From Armatimonadota bacterium (GTDB lineage: Bacteria > Armatimonadota > UBA5829 > DSUL01), in NCBI GenBank assembly GCA_039811685.1, contig JBDHZC010000004.1, forward strand, positions 224,001 to 288,000: a DNA stretch of 64,000 nt, in the 5' to 3' direction. The position numbers were made by a program, and so were the translations under genes. Shown here one piece after another: positions 19,675 to 29,731 of the stretch. Each line of letters starts with the position of its first letter. Within the stretch, counting starts at the first letter, position 1. The notes under the pieces were generated by a model. That model saw only the letters and a program-made list of their open reading frames with translations. It searched no databases and was not told the origin of the DNA.

Positions 19675-19912
19675 TGAAGTAATTCAAAGAGTGGCAGCGG
19701 TCCTGGCTCGCTGCCCGCGTTATTCAGCAGCCCGGCCCCAAGCGACTGGCCGTCGGGGTTTTCCGGCGGTAGCCGCACGGTTCGCGGCTCTGAGGTCCGA
19801 CTCATCTCACTCACACGTTTCCTTGCGCTGGCTGACGTCCAGCGGACTGGTGTGAGAAATCGATTACGCCGCGAATACGCCTGCCGGCTGTGGAACACTA
19901 CTGACAGAAACT

Positions 19913-22900
19913 ATGACTCTGACACTGAAGATATCTACCACCCTGCGAGCCCTTCGCTCAATCACCCTCGCGATAGCACTCACTCTCGCTCTTACAGCGT
20001 CCAGCAGATCTGCAGAATTGCGAGGCTGGTGGGTGGATGCGTTTGGCGCGGGCGCCCGCAGCCAGTCCGAGGTCACCAAACTGCTGGGGACGCCCGGCGT
20101 TGCCTCCAGCAAAGGGGACATTCGCAACGCCAACTGCAATGCGGTGTTTGTTGAGGTTCGCCGTCGAGCTGACACAATGTATCCATCCGGAATGGGTGAG
20201 CCTTACATGTCTGGCCTAAGCCCGTCCAACTTCAACGCGCTGCAGGCCATTATCAACGCCGCCCACGACACAACCGGCGGAAAGCAGCGCATCGAGGTGC
20301 ACGCCTGGATTGTCACGTTCGCAACGGCCACCGGCTCTTCGGTCAGCCCGGTTTACTACCAGCACAACAACCCGAATGACCCGGACAACTACTGGATCAC
20401 GCTGGATGATGCGGGGAACGAAACGGATGACAAAGCATTCGATCCGGGACATCCGAAGGCCGCGCAGTATATTCACGATGTCTGCATGGATCTCGTCAAT
20501 AACTTTGACATTGACGGTCTTCACTTTGACTATATTCGCTTTACCGGCATAAACCAGGGTTACAATCCGACCAGCATCAGCCGCTTTCGTCAGCAGTTTC
20601 CTAACAAGCCGGCGCAGATTCCCTACACTGATGACGATTTTGAGCAGTGGCGCCGCGACCAGGTAACTGCTGTCGTTCGCAATGTCTACGCAAGCGTTCA
20701 GCAGTCCAAACCATGGGTCAAAGTATCCGGCGCGTTTGTCGGAGGCGCACCTGGCCCAACAGCCTCCACGCGCAACGCTTTCAAGAACACGCGGCCTTAT
20801 TATCAGTACTACTCCGACTGGGACAGTTGGCTGCAGGAAGGCATCATTGACATGGCGGTGCCGATGATGTACTTCGACCAGGCGGGCTCTTACGCGGCGG
20901 ATTACACGCGCTGGATGAACTTCGGCAAAGATCGCAAGGCCAGCCGCCAGATGGTGATCGGTCCCGGAGTGTACCTTAACTCTCTTTCCAACGCTATCTC
21001 ACAGATTAAGCAGACGCGAAACCCCTCTCCATCCGGCAACTATGCGGATGGTTTTGCGGGTTATTCCTACCGCGTTCCGTATGCCGGAGGCACGTGGGCA
21101 GGGTTTGCTCCCAGCCTAGTGTCACAGGTGACGCCGTCGCCGACCGATATCCCCACAATGCCATGGAAAACAGCACCGACGAAAGGGCACATACGCGGTC
21201 ATATCTTTGACGGATCCACGGGCGCTCCCGTGGATGGCGCCAGTGTAACAGTCACTGGCCCGGTAACCCGTACTCAGAAATCTGACGGAACAGGGCACTA
21301 TGCCTTCATAGACTTGCCGCCCGGCACTTACACTGTCTCGGTCGCAAAGCCTTATTTTGCTTCTGCTTCAGCGCAGCAGGCTGTGGCGGCCGGAACGATG
21401 GCTGTGCGTAACTTCACTTTGTCTCCAAGCGGCTGTACGTACGCGACGATATCCGGTGTAACAGCGCAAGGGATCAGCACGCAGTTTGCCACAATCCTGT
21501 GGACAACCGACTTACCTTCAGACAGCCGGGTGGAATACGGCACTACTGCCTCTTATGGCTCTATGACGCTGCTCGATCCCGCCCTGGTTACGAATCACAG
21601 TGTGGTGCTCTCCGGTCTCTCCGCCAATACACTGTACTACTATCGCGTGATATCTACTCCAGGTGGTGGTTGTAGCAGCGTGTCGTCCGGCTCCACTTTC
21701 ACCACAACAGGCGTAGCAGTGCCGGACGTCGTCATAGAGTCCAGAAAATCGAATGGCACGCTCACGCCGTCCCCATCCTACACAGAGGCAGGTTCGTGGG
21801 GTGACAGCACTGCCAAGAGTTCCGCTCAGGGTCTCAGCGGTTCTGGATCCCGATACGCAACCAATTTCACAGGCGCTACGGCCACATTCGTGCCCAGTCT
21901 GCCTTATTCGGGACCGTACGAGGTTTACGTCACATGGGGGGCTTCATCCAACGGCGCCAGCACCAACTTCAAAGTCATCTCCGGGGGCTCTGTAGTCTAC
22001 AACCATAACTGGGATCAGAACAATGCGCAGCCTTATGAAAATCAGTGGCAGTACGTGGGAGAATACACGTTCAATGCTGGCCAGTCGGCTTCAAATGCCA
22101 GTGTCAAGATTGACGGAAACGCTTCCTCGAAGGGGACTACAGGCGGTACTCCCAGGCTGATGTCCGATGCGGTGAAGTTTGTGTTCAAGGGGTCGGCAGG
22201 TGACGTAGAGCCTCCATCGCGTCCCGCGGGGCTGCAGGTGCAAAGTGTCACTACCAGCGAAGTTCACCTCTCCTGGACGGCCTCCACGGACAATATCGCG
22301 GTAACCGGTTATCGCATCTACAAGGATAATCAGCCTGTTGCCACTGTGTCAGAACCTGAGTACACAGATGTCGGGCTCTCGGCAAATACCTCATTCAGCT
22401 ACGGTGTCTCCGCTTATGACGCAGGGGGCAATGAGTCCGCTATTTCTGTTCCAGCCACCGCTGTTACGCTCTCAGAGGCTCCGACACCCGAGACAATCAC
22501 CTGCAACAAGAATGCTGGAGACTGGTACACCACGAGCGACTTTGTGTTCAGCACTCAGGGCGGGTTTGGCCCCGGTCGGGTGGCGAAATACCGCGTTGCC
22601 TGGGATAAATCGCCTACACACACCTGGGGAGGTTCTGGGGAAAGTGACTGGACTCAGTTGGGACTGCTGAAGTACGCTTCGTCGGAAGGCAGTTGGTACT
22701 TCCATGCCCAGAGCTACAATTCTGCCGGAGTCCCCAACGGGTCATACGACTTCGGCCCCTACAACTTCGACGCAACCGCACCCACCATCCCTGCCGTTAC
22801 AGATGATGGCGCGACGACTACCAGCGTTTCCAGCCTGCACGCCTCTTGGAGCGCTACCGATCCGGGAAGTGGGGTCGCGGAGTATGAGTACCGGCTCCTG

Positions 22901-23677
22901 GAGCAGGGTGGGCCAGTCATAAGGGATTGGACCAGCGCCGGTTCCGCGACTGAAGTGACCGTCACTTTCCTGTCCTTAGCCCCTGGTAAGACCTATGTTT
23001 TTGAGGTCAGGGCGACCAATGCCGCCGGTCTGACCAGTGGTGTCGGGACGTCTGACGGGATCACAGTTGTTGCCGGGCAGAGTGTGGCGCGAATTGGGCA
23101 GCTCAAACAGCTTGAGGATGATACTGTCATTCAATTGAGCTCCGCCAAGCCCGTCTGTGCTGTATTTGGCTCTGAACTGTACATCTGTGAGTCAGATCGA
23201 AGCGCCGGTATCAGCGTGGTGGGTAACGGATTTTCTCCTGGTGATCTGGTCAGTGTCAGTGCGACGCTCACGACAACCGCGTCTGGTGAACGCCAGTTGA
23301 AAGATGCCATCCTTACGCCTGCCGGGAGTGGATCGCCCCTGAAAGCGCTCAGCGTGTCAGTTGCGTCGCTCGGAGGAGTCTGGTCCGGTGTGTACACTCC
23401 GCCAGTTGGCGGCGCGCCGGGGCTGCAGAATACGGGGCTTCTGGTTCAGGTTACTGGGCGCGTGACTTTTGCGGGGGCCGACTTCTTCTACCTGGACGAC
23501 GGGTCCAGCATCAGCGATGGCTCCGGGTATATCGGAGTAAGGGTCTATTGTCCGATTGACGCTGTTCCTGCTGTGGGGACGACAGTTTCAGTCACTGGTA
23601 TCAGCTCGTCCTGGAAGTCTGGCGCGCAAGTGTGGCCGATGATCAAGGAGGTCTCCGGAGGAATCTCTACGCCGTAG
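19913..23677 (+). CDS. Secreted GHL10 (DUF187) glycoside hydrolase-like multidomain protein
   Basis: Signal peptide; ELRGWWV, VHAWI, DGLHFDYIRF. Then carboxypeptidase-regulatory-like, FN3 and golvesin-like (SDAVKF) modules and a beta-rich C-terminal module. Confidence 0.85.
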   Translation: MTLTLKISTTLRALRSITLAIALTLALTASSRSAELRGWWVDAFGAGARSQSEVTKLLGTPGVASSKGDIRNANCNAVFVEVRRRADTMYPSGMGEPYMSGLSPSNFNALQAIINAAHDTTGGKQRIEVHAWIVTFATATGSSVSPVYYQHNNPNDPDNYWITLDDAGNETDDKAFDPGHPKAAQYIHDVCMDLVNNFDIDGLHFDYIRFTGINQGYNPTSISRFRQQFPNKPAQIPYTDDDFEQWRRDQVTAVVRNVYASVQQSKPWVKVSGAFVGGAPGPTASTRNAFKNTRPYYQYYSDWDSWLQEGIIDMAVPMMYFDQAGSYAADYTRWMNFGKDRKASRQMVIGPGVYLNSLSNAISQIKQTRNPSPSGNYADGFAGYSYRVPYAGGTWAGFAPSLVSQVTPSPTDIPTMPWKTAPTKGHIRGHIFDGSTGAPVDGASVTVTGPVTRTQKSDGTGHYAFIDLPPGTYTVSVAKPYFASASAQQAVAAGTMAVRNFTLSPSGCTYATISGVTAQGISTQFATILWTTDLPSDSRVEYGTTASYGSMTLLDPALVTNHSVVLSGLSANTLYYYRVISTPGGGCSSVSSGSTFTTTGVAVPDVVIESRKSNGTLTPSPSYTEAGSWGDSTAKSSAQGLSGSGSRYATNFTGATATFVPSLPYSGPYEVYVTWGASSNGASTNFKVISGGSVVYNHNWDQNNAQPYENQWQYVGEYTFNAGQSASNASVKIDGNASSKGTTGGTPRLMSDAVKFVFKGSAGDVEPPSRPAGLQVQSVTTSEVHLSWTASTDNIAVTGYRIYKDNQPVATVSEPEYTDVGLSANTSFSYGVSAYDAGGNESAISVPATAVTLSEAPTPETITCNKNAGDWYTTSDFVFSTQGGFGPGRVAKYRVAWDKSPTHTWGGSGESDWTQLGLLKYASSEGSWYFHAQSYNSAGVPNGSYDFGPYNFDATAPTIPAVTDDGATTTSVSSLHASWSATDPGSGVAEYEYRLLEQGGPVIRDWTSAGSATEVTVTFLSLAPGKTYVFEVRATNAAGLTSGVGTSDGITVVAGQSVARIGQLKQLEDDTVIQLSSAKPVCAVFGSELYICESDRSAGISVVGNGFSPGDLVSVSATLTTTASGERQLKDAILTPAGSGSPLKALSVSVASLGGVWSGVYTPPVGGAPGLQNTGLLVQVTGRVTFAGADFFYLDDGSSISDGSGYIGVRVYCPIDAVPAVGTTVSVTGISSSWKSGAQVWPMIKEVSGGISTP

Positions 23678-23709
23678 GCGCGCAACGGATCATCGCTTCA
23701 GGAGTAGCA

Positions 23710-23737
23710 ACGGCCGCCTGCAAACGCAGGCGGCCGT
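23710..23737. terminator. GC-rich hairpin between convergent genes
   Basis: ACGGCCGCCTGC-AAAC-GCAGGCGGCCGT. Confidence 0.65.
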
Positions 23738-23779
23738 CCTTTCACCGGGTTGGCCGCAGTGCGGCCATTTATGCAACTT

Positions 23780-24592
23780 CTACCTGGGTATCGGTGGCGC
23801 CGGGTTGTCTGGTTTCGCGCTGCCCTTCTCCAGTTTCAGCGCCCACTTGATTCCGTGAAGAATATGCTGCTGATAAACCGGGTTTTCCCAGACATCTATC
23901 CGGTGTCCGAGCGATGTGTAAAACACCCGGCCCTTCCCATAGTCTTTCACCCAAGACACCAGAAAGTCACCAGCAGCCGGGGTGTCAGCGCACGGGTCGG
24001 TTGTCGTGCTGAGCAGCACATGCACGTCCGGTCTATTGTTTTCTTTGAAGAGATAGATCTCATCGAAGATTGTCCAGCTCTTGCCGAGCTGCTTCACCGC
24101 CGGATGCTTCAGATCGTTGACGATCGCCTCGATCGAACACTGCTTTCGATGCGTCCTGAACTCACCACCCAGCATCTCAACATAGCTTCTGTCGCCTTGA
24201 ACCTCAGAAGGGTGATAAGTGTCGGATGCGCTGTGCATCCCCACAAAGCCCTTGCCTGTCTTCAGCCAGTCCAAAAAGCCGTGCAGATCCGGGATACCGA
24301 GGTTTCCCGTAGTATTGGCGAATACCACGCCGTCATAGGCCTTCAACGCAGCTACCGACATCTTTTGTTTGACTTCGGCTTCATCCCTGGCGTAGTCCAC
24401 GTCGTAAATTCCGCTCTTAGCTCCCAGGTCTGCCAGTACTTCTTCAGCGGTCGGGATGGAATCGTGCCGGAATGCTGCGGTATGAGTCACGACCAGAAGA
24501 TGTTTCGTTGCTTTGGGAGCGGCGAAACACTGAGACCCCGCAACAGTCAACGCCACCACCGCAACCGCCATCACAATGGACGATTTCTTCAT
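23780..24592 (-). CDS. Secreted ThuA-like domain protein
   Basis: Signal peptide, FRHDSIP, GFVGMHSASD, GRVFYTSLGH. Confidence 0.88.
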   Translation of the reverse strand: MKKSSIVMAVAVVALTVAGSQCFAAPKATKHLLVVTHTAAFRHDSIPTAEEVLADLGAKSGIYDVDYARDEAEVKQKMSVAALKAYDGVVFANTTGNLGIPDLHGFLDWLKTGKGFVGMHSASDTYHPSEVQGDRSYVEMLGGEFRTHRKQCSIEAIVNDLKHPAVKQLGKSWTIFDEIYLFKENNRPDVHVLLSTTTDPCADTPAAGDFLVSWVKDYGKGRVFYTSLGHRIDVWENPVYQQHILHGIKWALKLEKGSAKPDNPAPPIPR

Positions 24593-24631
24593 TATGCTCT
24601 CCCATCTTGACAGCGCGGATGTCTTGTCTGT

Positions 24632-25801
24632 CTAGCTGTTAACCGAGGCAAACTCAACTGGAGGAGTCTTCGAACCAACCGGTCGAAGCGCCTGCACGCT
24701 CACCTCTGCAGCTATTTCCGACGCGATAGACCGGTATTCCTCCGCCACGCGCGACTCCGGCGCTGCAATGACAGTGGGAACTCCCTTGTCTGAATCCTCG
24801 ACAATGCGCGGGTCAAGTGGCAGCCGTCCCAGGAAGCGCACGCCAAAGTCCTTCGCCGCCTGCTCCGCGGCGCCTTTGTGCCCGAAGATATCGGTTTCAT
24901 TCTGGCAGTGCGGGCAGACAAACGTAGCCATGTTCTCAATAATCCCAAGCACCGGAACTGTCAGATTCTCAGATCGGAACATACGCACCGATTTGCCAGC
25001 TATCTTGGTTGCCAGGTCCTGTGGAGTCATAACAACTACAACACCGCTCAAAGGGACTTGCTGTGCCAGGCTCATTGGAGCGTCTCCGGTTCCCGGCGGC
25101 AGATCAACAATGAGATAGTCCAGGCTCCCCCAGTACGTATCTGTCAACATCTGCCTAACTGCGCTGGCGACCAGCGGGCCACGCCAGATTACAGCCGTGT
25201 CTGAAGGCGCCAGGAATCCGAGAGACATCAGCTTGAGGTCGTACTTCTCCAGCGGGATCATCTTCCGCTTGACCTCACCTGTGTTGTGATCCGGAATATC
25301 CTCGAGCATCGGCTGTTCATGAATGTCGAGCATCATCGGGAGGCTGGGGCCGTAGATATCGCAGTCCAGAAGGCCCGTATTCGCGCCAGCTTTCTGCAGG
25401 GCGGCCGCTATATTTACGGACACAGTGGATTTGCCCACGCCGCCTTTGCCGCTGGCGACTGCGATAACATTTTTGACGCCGGGCAGCGCCTGTTGTTCAA
25501 AAGACTTGGGAACCTGGCTGGCCCAGCGGATATTGACCTTCTCAACGCCGGGCAGCGCGCTGACAGCAGCCGTGCAATCGTCCTCAATCGTGTTCTTCAA
25601 AGGACACGCGGGTGTCGTCAACACTACTTCAAAATCTACAACACCGTCTGTAACAATGATGTCCCGCACCATGTTGAGCTCGACAAGCGAGCGGTGCAAT
25701 TCTGGATCATTAACTGTGCGCAAGACTTCCAGAACTGCCTCTGAGGTCAGGCCGGAATCCTTAGCGCCACTTTCCTGCTGGTTTTTACGACCGAAAATCA
25801 T
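24632..25801 (-). CDS. mrp: Mrp/ApbC iron-sulfur cluster carrier ATPase with N-terminal DUF59
   Basis: DPEL..LTTPACP, SGKGGVGKS, DLPPGTGD, ENM..CPHC. Confidence 0.93.
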   Translation of the reverse strand: MIFGRKNQQESGAKDSGLTSEAVLEVLRTVNDPELHRSLVELNMVRDIIVTDGVVDFEVVLTTPACPLKNTIEDDCTAAVSALPGVEKVNIRWASQVPKSFEQQALPGVKNVIAVASGKGGVGKSTVSVNIAAALQKAGANTGLLDCDIYGPSLPMMLDIHEQPMLEDIPDHNTGEVKRKMIPLEKYDLKLMSLGFLAPSDTAVIWRGPLVASAVRQMLTDTYWGSLDYLIVDLPPGTGDAPMSLAQQVPLSGVVVVMTPQDLATKIAGKSVRMFRSENLTVPVLGIIENMATFVCPHCQNETDIFGHKGAAEQAAKDFGVRFLGRLPLDPRIVEDSDKGVPTVIAAPESRVAEEYRSIASEIAAEVSVQALRPVGSKTPPVEFASVNS

Positions 25802-26539
25802 GAAGACCTCCGAGTGGATTATCACTAAAGAGACTGATGTGTGGCAAACCGCGGGTCAATGGCGTGACTCTTCGGTTCTCCACCCTGTCTCTCCCTGCAG
25901 AGCTGCTGGCATCTTACAGACTCCGCATGCCTTGCTGGATATTTCGCCTGCCCGGCATGGGCTTCTGGCAGCACCTGGACCAAAACTCGGGGGGATAGCA
26001 AGGCTTACAAGACCGTTGAGGCGAGGCGGATATGGCAGCGCCGGGTCAGCATATTTGGTTCCAGTCTCCGGAAGGATTGTGGAACAAACAACTAGCCCCG
26101 GTACGGCCGAGGGGGATGTTTGCTCCCGTGCCGGGATAGCCCACTTCGGGTTCTGTTTTTCGCGCAGCAGAGTCTGTGAGCGCGCCCAGTCGTGACAGAT
26201 AGCCGGAGCGGCCAGAGGCCGAATCTCGGCTGAGAGGTCTGCCAGAGTCGTAAGCTGTTTGTGTGGGTGCTTTACAGCCACCGAGCGCGTTGAGCTTTAG
26301 CGCGAATGCCGGTGAAGTCTTCTTGCAGACCTCACTTGCGTGAAACTGTTTACAATTTAGATTCGTGCAGTTGGGACAAAAGGGTGCGCGCGTCGCAGCG
26401 CCCTTTGACGGGGTATCCAACTCTTTCATAGCGGCCAGGATTTGACGTCGCCGGAGGAGCTGGATCGGCAGTAAAGCGCTAGCCGACTGCACTGAGATGG
26501 TCTGGTGCGGATGCGCCGCTGCGACGATGGGAGGGATAG

Positions 26540-27424
26540 TTGGACCAGAGTAAGCCGCTTTACACTAGAAGCATAGACATTCCAAGCCTGCCAAGTGGCA
26601 TGGCCAGTATTGTCTCCGTGGCCAGTTCAGACAGCGCGACGGCTGATGACGTCGCCAACGCGATCATGCTGGACCCAGCGCTCTCGACCAAAGTGCTCCG
26701 GATGGCCAACTCGGCCTTCTACGGGCGCTTGACGAAGGCCGAGACCGTCACGCAAGCCGTAGTCACACTCGGGTTCAGCGCTGTCAAGACCGTTGCGCTG
26801 GCTGCCTCTGTGGTTGACCACGTACTGCCGGAAACCGGCGTTCCAGGTCTCAGTTGGCAGTCTTTCTGGCAGCACTGTGTCGCAACGGGCGCCGCTGCGG
26901 AAATCATTGCCCGCTATCTCACTGGTTCCAGACGGGGAAGTGAGTCTGCCTTTGTTGCGGGTCTGTTGCATGACGTCGGCAAACTCATCATTGCCCGCAA
27001 TTCTTCTGAAGACTTCGGAAAAGCTGTCTGGATCGCATCAGGAACAAATGGCGATATGCGCTTTGCCGAACGCAAGGTCTTCGGGACTGATCACGCGACT
27101 GTCGGCGCCCTTCTTGCGCAAGAGTGGCGGATTCCAGAAGCGATCGGCCGCCCGATCGGGCAACACCACGATATGAATCCTGGCGCCGATCCGATGGTGC
27201 TGGCTGTCAGCGGAGCGAACCTGCTTTCAAAAGCCATGTATGGCGGATATCTTACAGACTGTAAGGTCCAGGTGAGCGCTGCAGAGGTGACTCGCGCCTG
27301 TGGATTGGAAGAGTCAGCTTTGCAGAGTGTGGCGTCCGAAGTGCCTCAGCGGCTGAGTGAGTGTGGCGAAGTCTTGTCCTGGGCGGCAAATATGCCCGAA
27401 GGCGGTGCGCTCAAAGCCGCATAA
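26540..27424 (+). CDS. HDOD domain protein
   Basis: DPALSTKVLRMANSAFY, AGLLHDVGK, GTDHATVG. Confidence 0.92.
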   Translation: MDQSKPLYTRSIDIPSLPSGMASIVSVASSDSATADDVANAIMLDPALSTKVLRMANSAFYGRLTKAETVTQAVVTLGFSAVKTVALAASVVDHVLPETGVPGLSWQSFWQHCVATGAAAEIIARYLTGSRRGSESAFVAGLLHDVGKLIIARNSSEDFGKAVWIASGTNGDMRFAERKVFGTDHATVGALLAQEWRIPEAIGRPIGQHHDMNPGADPMVLAVSGANLLSKAMYGGYLTDCKVQVSAAEVTRACGLEESALQSVASEVPQRLSECGEVLSWAANMPEGGALKAA

Positions 27425-27459
27425 CTCACCTTTGATCCTTGGCCTCCCTCTCCAGAAAC

Positions 27460-27492
27460 CGGCCCTGAGAAATCTCGGGGCCGTTTTGGTTT
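27460..27492 (+). terminator. Intrinsic terminator after the HDOD gene
   Basis: CGGCCCTGAG-AAAT-CTCGGGGCCG followed by TTTTGGTTT. Confidence 0.75.
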
Positions 27493-27565
27493 GTCTTACA
27501 GGTGACTGTGCTGGAATTCTGAGGCTCTGATATTGTAAGGTATGGGGGGAGGTTATTTCGAGGAT

Positions 27566-28711
27566 ATGCGGGCTTTCTTCTTTCGATTGATAATCGGGTT
27601 GGCGACGCTGAGCCTTGTCGGGATGTGCGCTTCAATAGCTGAGGCCGGTCTGGTTGTTGGCGGGGTTGTGGTGGACGCCTCTACAGGTGCGGCCCTAACA
27701 GGAGCCACCGTTGCGCTTTTCGATGACAGTGGAGACGTGGTTGGTACAGATCTCACAGATGGCGACGGGACGTGGGCCATTGAGACTGAGTGGAAGCACG
27801 CGCATCTCAAAGCTCCCTCCAGCGGTGGCAGTCTCTTCTCATCGTTGATTGGCGTTGTCACCTGGCCGGTTCGCACAACCGCTCGCTTCGTCGGCGGGTC
27901 TACAAAGGCGCTTTTCAAGGGCGCGGCGAGAGCGGCTGGTGGCGCGGCGGTTGCCGGGGTGTCTGTGGCGGCTGTATCGGGCGCAGGCCCTGTAGCGGAA
28001 GCGGCCGTGGGACAGATAGGCCGCACCGTTGGACGCGCGGCCTCCGATGCTGTGGTGGGAGCTCTGGACGATGACTCGCCCGAGGACGAGCGATCTGACC
28101 AGATGCGGAACAGTGACCCTCAACCCGGAGAGGTCACAGTGCGCGTGTGGAAACAGGGAGCCAAAGACTATCATGGTCGTGTGTCGGTCTATGCTCTCGA
28201 ACGCTTCCGCGATGAGAACGGGCACAGCAAAGCTGCGGCGACTGTTGACCCCGTCCTGCTCGCCTCTGAAGAATCAGGTGGTGTGTCGTCCGCTCCGCGC
28301 CACTTTGGGATTCTCAACCACGTCTCAGCCGATCCTATGATCGTCGAGGCGGGCGCTACAGTCAGGCTCAGTTGTCAGATGCCTCTGCCTGACGAGATGC
28401 TATCTTCGACCTGCGTCGTCGCGTGGGACCTGTCGACACGCCAGCGGCAGTCACTGACTCGTACGGAGGAGGGAGCCTGGCAGGGAGAAATGGAGCTTCC
28501 GAAAAAAGGCCCTTACAGAAACCATGAAATCACCATCGTTGCCTATCGCAACCTGGATCAAAAAGCCGGTGGTGACGAAAAGTTGGAAGCGCGTCTCTGG
28601 GACAAAGATGCGTGGAATCCGAGGAAAGCCTACCCGGTTGACCCGGTGCTTCTGGTTTCGCGCAATCGAGGCCAGGTGACGGTCACCGTCATCAAGCCGC
28701 CCAGGCCCTAG
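27566..28711 (+). CDS. Secreted hypothetical protein with carboxypeptidase-regulatory-like domain
   Basis: Signal peptide; GGVVVDASTGAALTGATV..TDGDG; Gly/Ala-rich insert. Confidence 0.7.
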   Translation: MRAFFFRLIIGLATLSLVGMCASIAEAGLVVGGVVVDASTGAALTGATVALFDDSGDVVGTDLTDGDGTWAIETEWKHAHLKAPSSGGSLFSSLIGVVTWPVRTTARFVGGSTKALFKGAARAAGGAAVAGVSVAAVSGAGPVAEAAVGQIGRTVGRAASDAVVGALDDDSPEDERSDQMRNSDPQPGEVTVRVWKQGAKDYHGRVSVYALERFRDENGHSKAAATVDPVLLASEESGGVSSAPRHFGILNHVSADPMIVEAGATVRLSCQMPLPDEMLSSTCVVAWDLSTRQRQSLTRTEEGAWQGEMELPKKGPYRNHEITIVAYRNLDQKAGGDEKLEARLWDKDAWNPRKAYPVDPVLLVSRNRGQVTVTVIKPPRP

Positions 28712-28742
28712 ATCGATCTAGCTCACAAACGATTGGCGATCT

Positions 28743-29627
28743 CTATGCTGTCTGGGCGACGGGATCGGCAAAGAGCGATTCGACGAACTCCTCCGGATTG
28801 AACACTTTCAGATCGTCCAGTTGTTCGCCAGTGCCGACCAACTTAACCGGCACTCCCAGTTCATCACTGATACTGATGACTGTCCCACCGCGAGCGGAGC
28901 TGTCCATTTTTGCCAGTACAAGGCCCGTAATATCGACAGCCGACAGAAACTCCCGTGCCTGCGATATCGCGTTCTGCCCTGTAGTCGCGTCCAGTACCAG
29001 AAGCGTCTCATCCGGACCTCGCCCATTGGCCTTCTCCACTGCGCGCGTGATCTTCTTCAACTCTTCCATCAGGTTGGATCTGGTGTGCAGGCGCCCGGCC
29101 GTGTCCACGATAACGATGTCGACGCCTCTGGCCTTGGCCGCGGATACGCTATCGAAGACGACAGCGGCCGGGTCGGCGCCCGGAGCGTGCTTGACAATCT
29201 GACAGCCCACACGCTGCGCCCAAATTTCAAGCTGATCGATCGCCGCCGCGCGAAACGTGTCCGCAGCGGCAAGCAACACCTGCTTTCCCTGCTGCGTGTA
29301 CATATACGCCAGCTTCGCAATGCTTGTTGTCTTGCCAACTCCGTTGACGCCGGCAACGAACACGACGGTGGGAGGAGTGTCTCCTGTGGCGATTTCCTGC
29401 GACGTATTCGCCCCCATCATACCTGCCAGCGTCTCTTTCAGCGCCGCCTGTACGCCGTCTGCGTGCTGTCTGGACTCTCGTATGCGCTCGAATATCTTCT
29501 CGACCGTCTCGTAAGAGACATCTGCGCTCAGCAATGCCTCTTCCAGCTCCTCTTCCGTCGCCGCGTCGAGAATCGTCTTGCCCTGAATCTTACGAGCAAT
29601 GTTCTTGAATACGCCCAAAAACCGCAT
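28743..29627 (-). CDS. ftsY: Signal recognition particle receptor FtsY
   Basis: GVNGVGKTT, DTFRAAA, DTAGR, GTGE. Confidence 0.96.
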   Translation of the reverse strand: MRFLGVFKNIARKIQGKTILDAATEEELEEALLSADVSYETVEKIFERIRESRQHADGVQAALKETLAGMMGANTSQEIATGDTPPTVVFVAGVNGVGKTTSIAKLAYMYTQQGKQVLLAAADTFRAAAIDQLEIWAQRVGCQIVKHAPGADPAAVVFDSVSAAKARGVDIVIVDTAGRLHTRSNLMEELKKITRAVEKANGRGPDETLLVLDATTGQNAISQAREFLSAVDITGLVLAKMDSSARGGTVISISDELGVPVKLVGTGEQLDDLKVFNPEEFVESLFADPVAQTA

Positions 29628-29731
29628 TCGCCGTGTCAAACCCCTCTTAGTGTAGTCTTCAGGATGTTAGACCCAGAGTTGTGCCAGGCGCAAGTCGCTC
29701 GTGGCCCGATAACCGCCCAGTTGCGTTGTCG

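Noticed and set aside
26046..26492. Minus-strand ORF with CPNCTNLNC
   Set aside because: No RBS or family pattern; the cysteine cluster may be chance.
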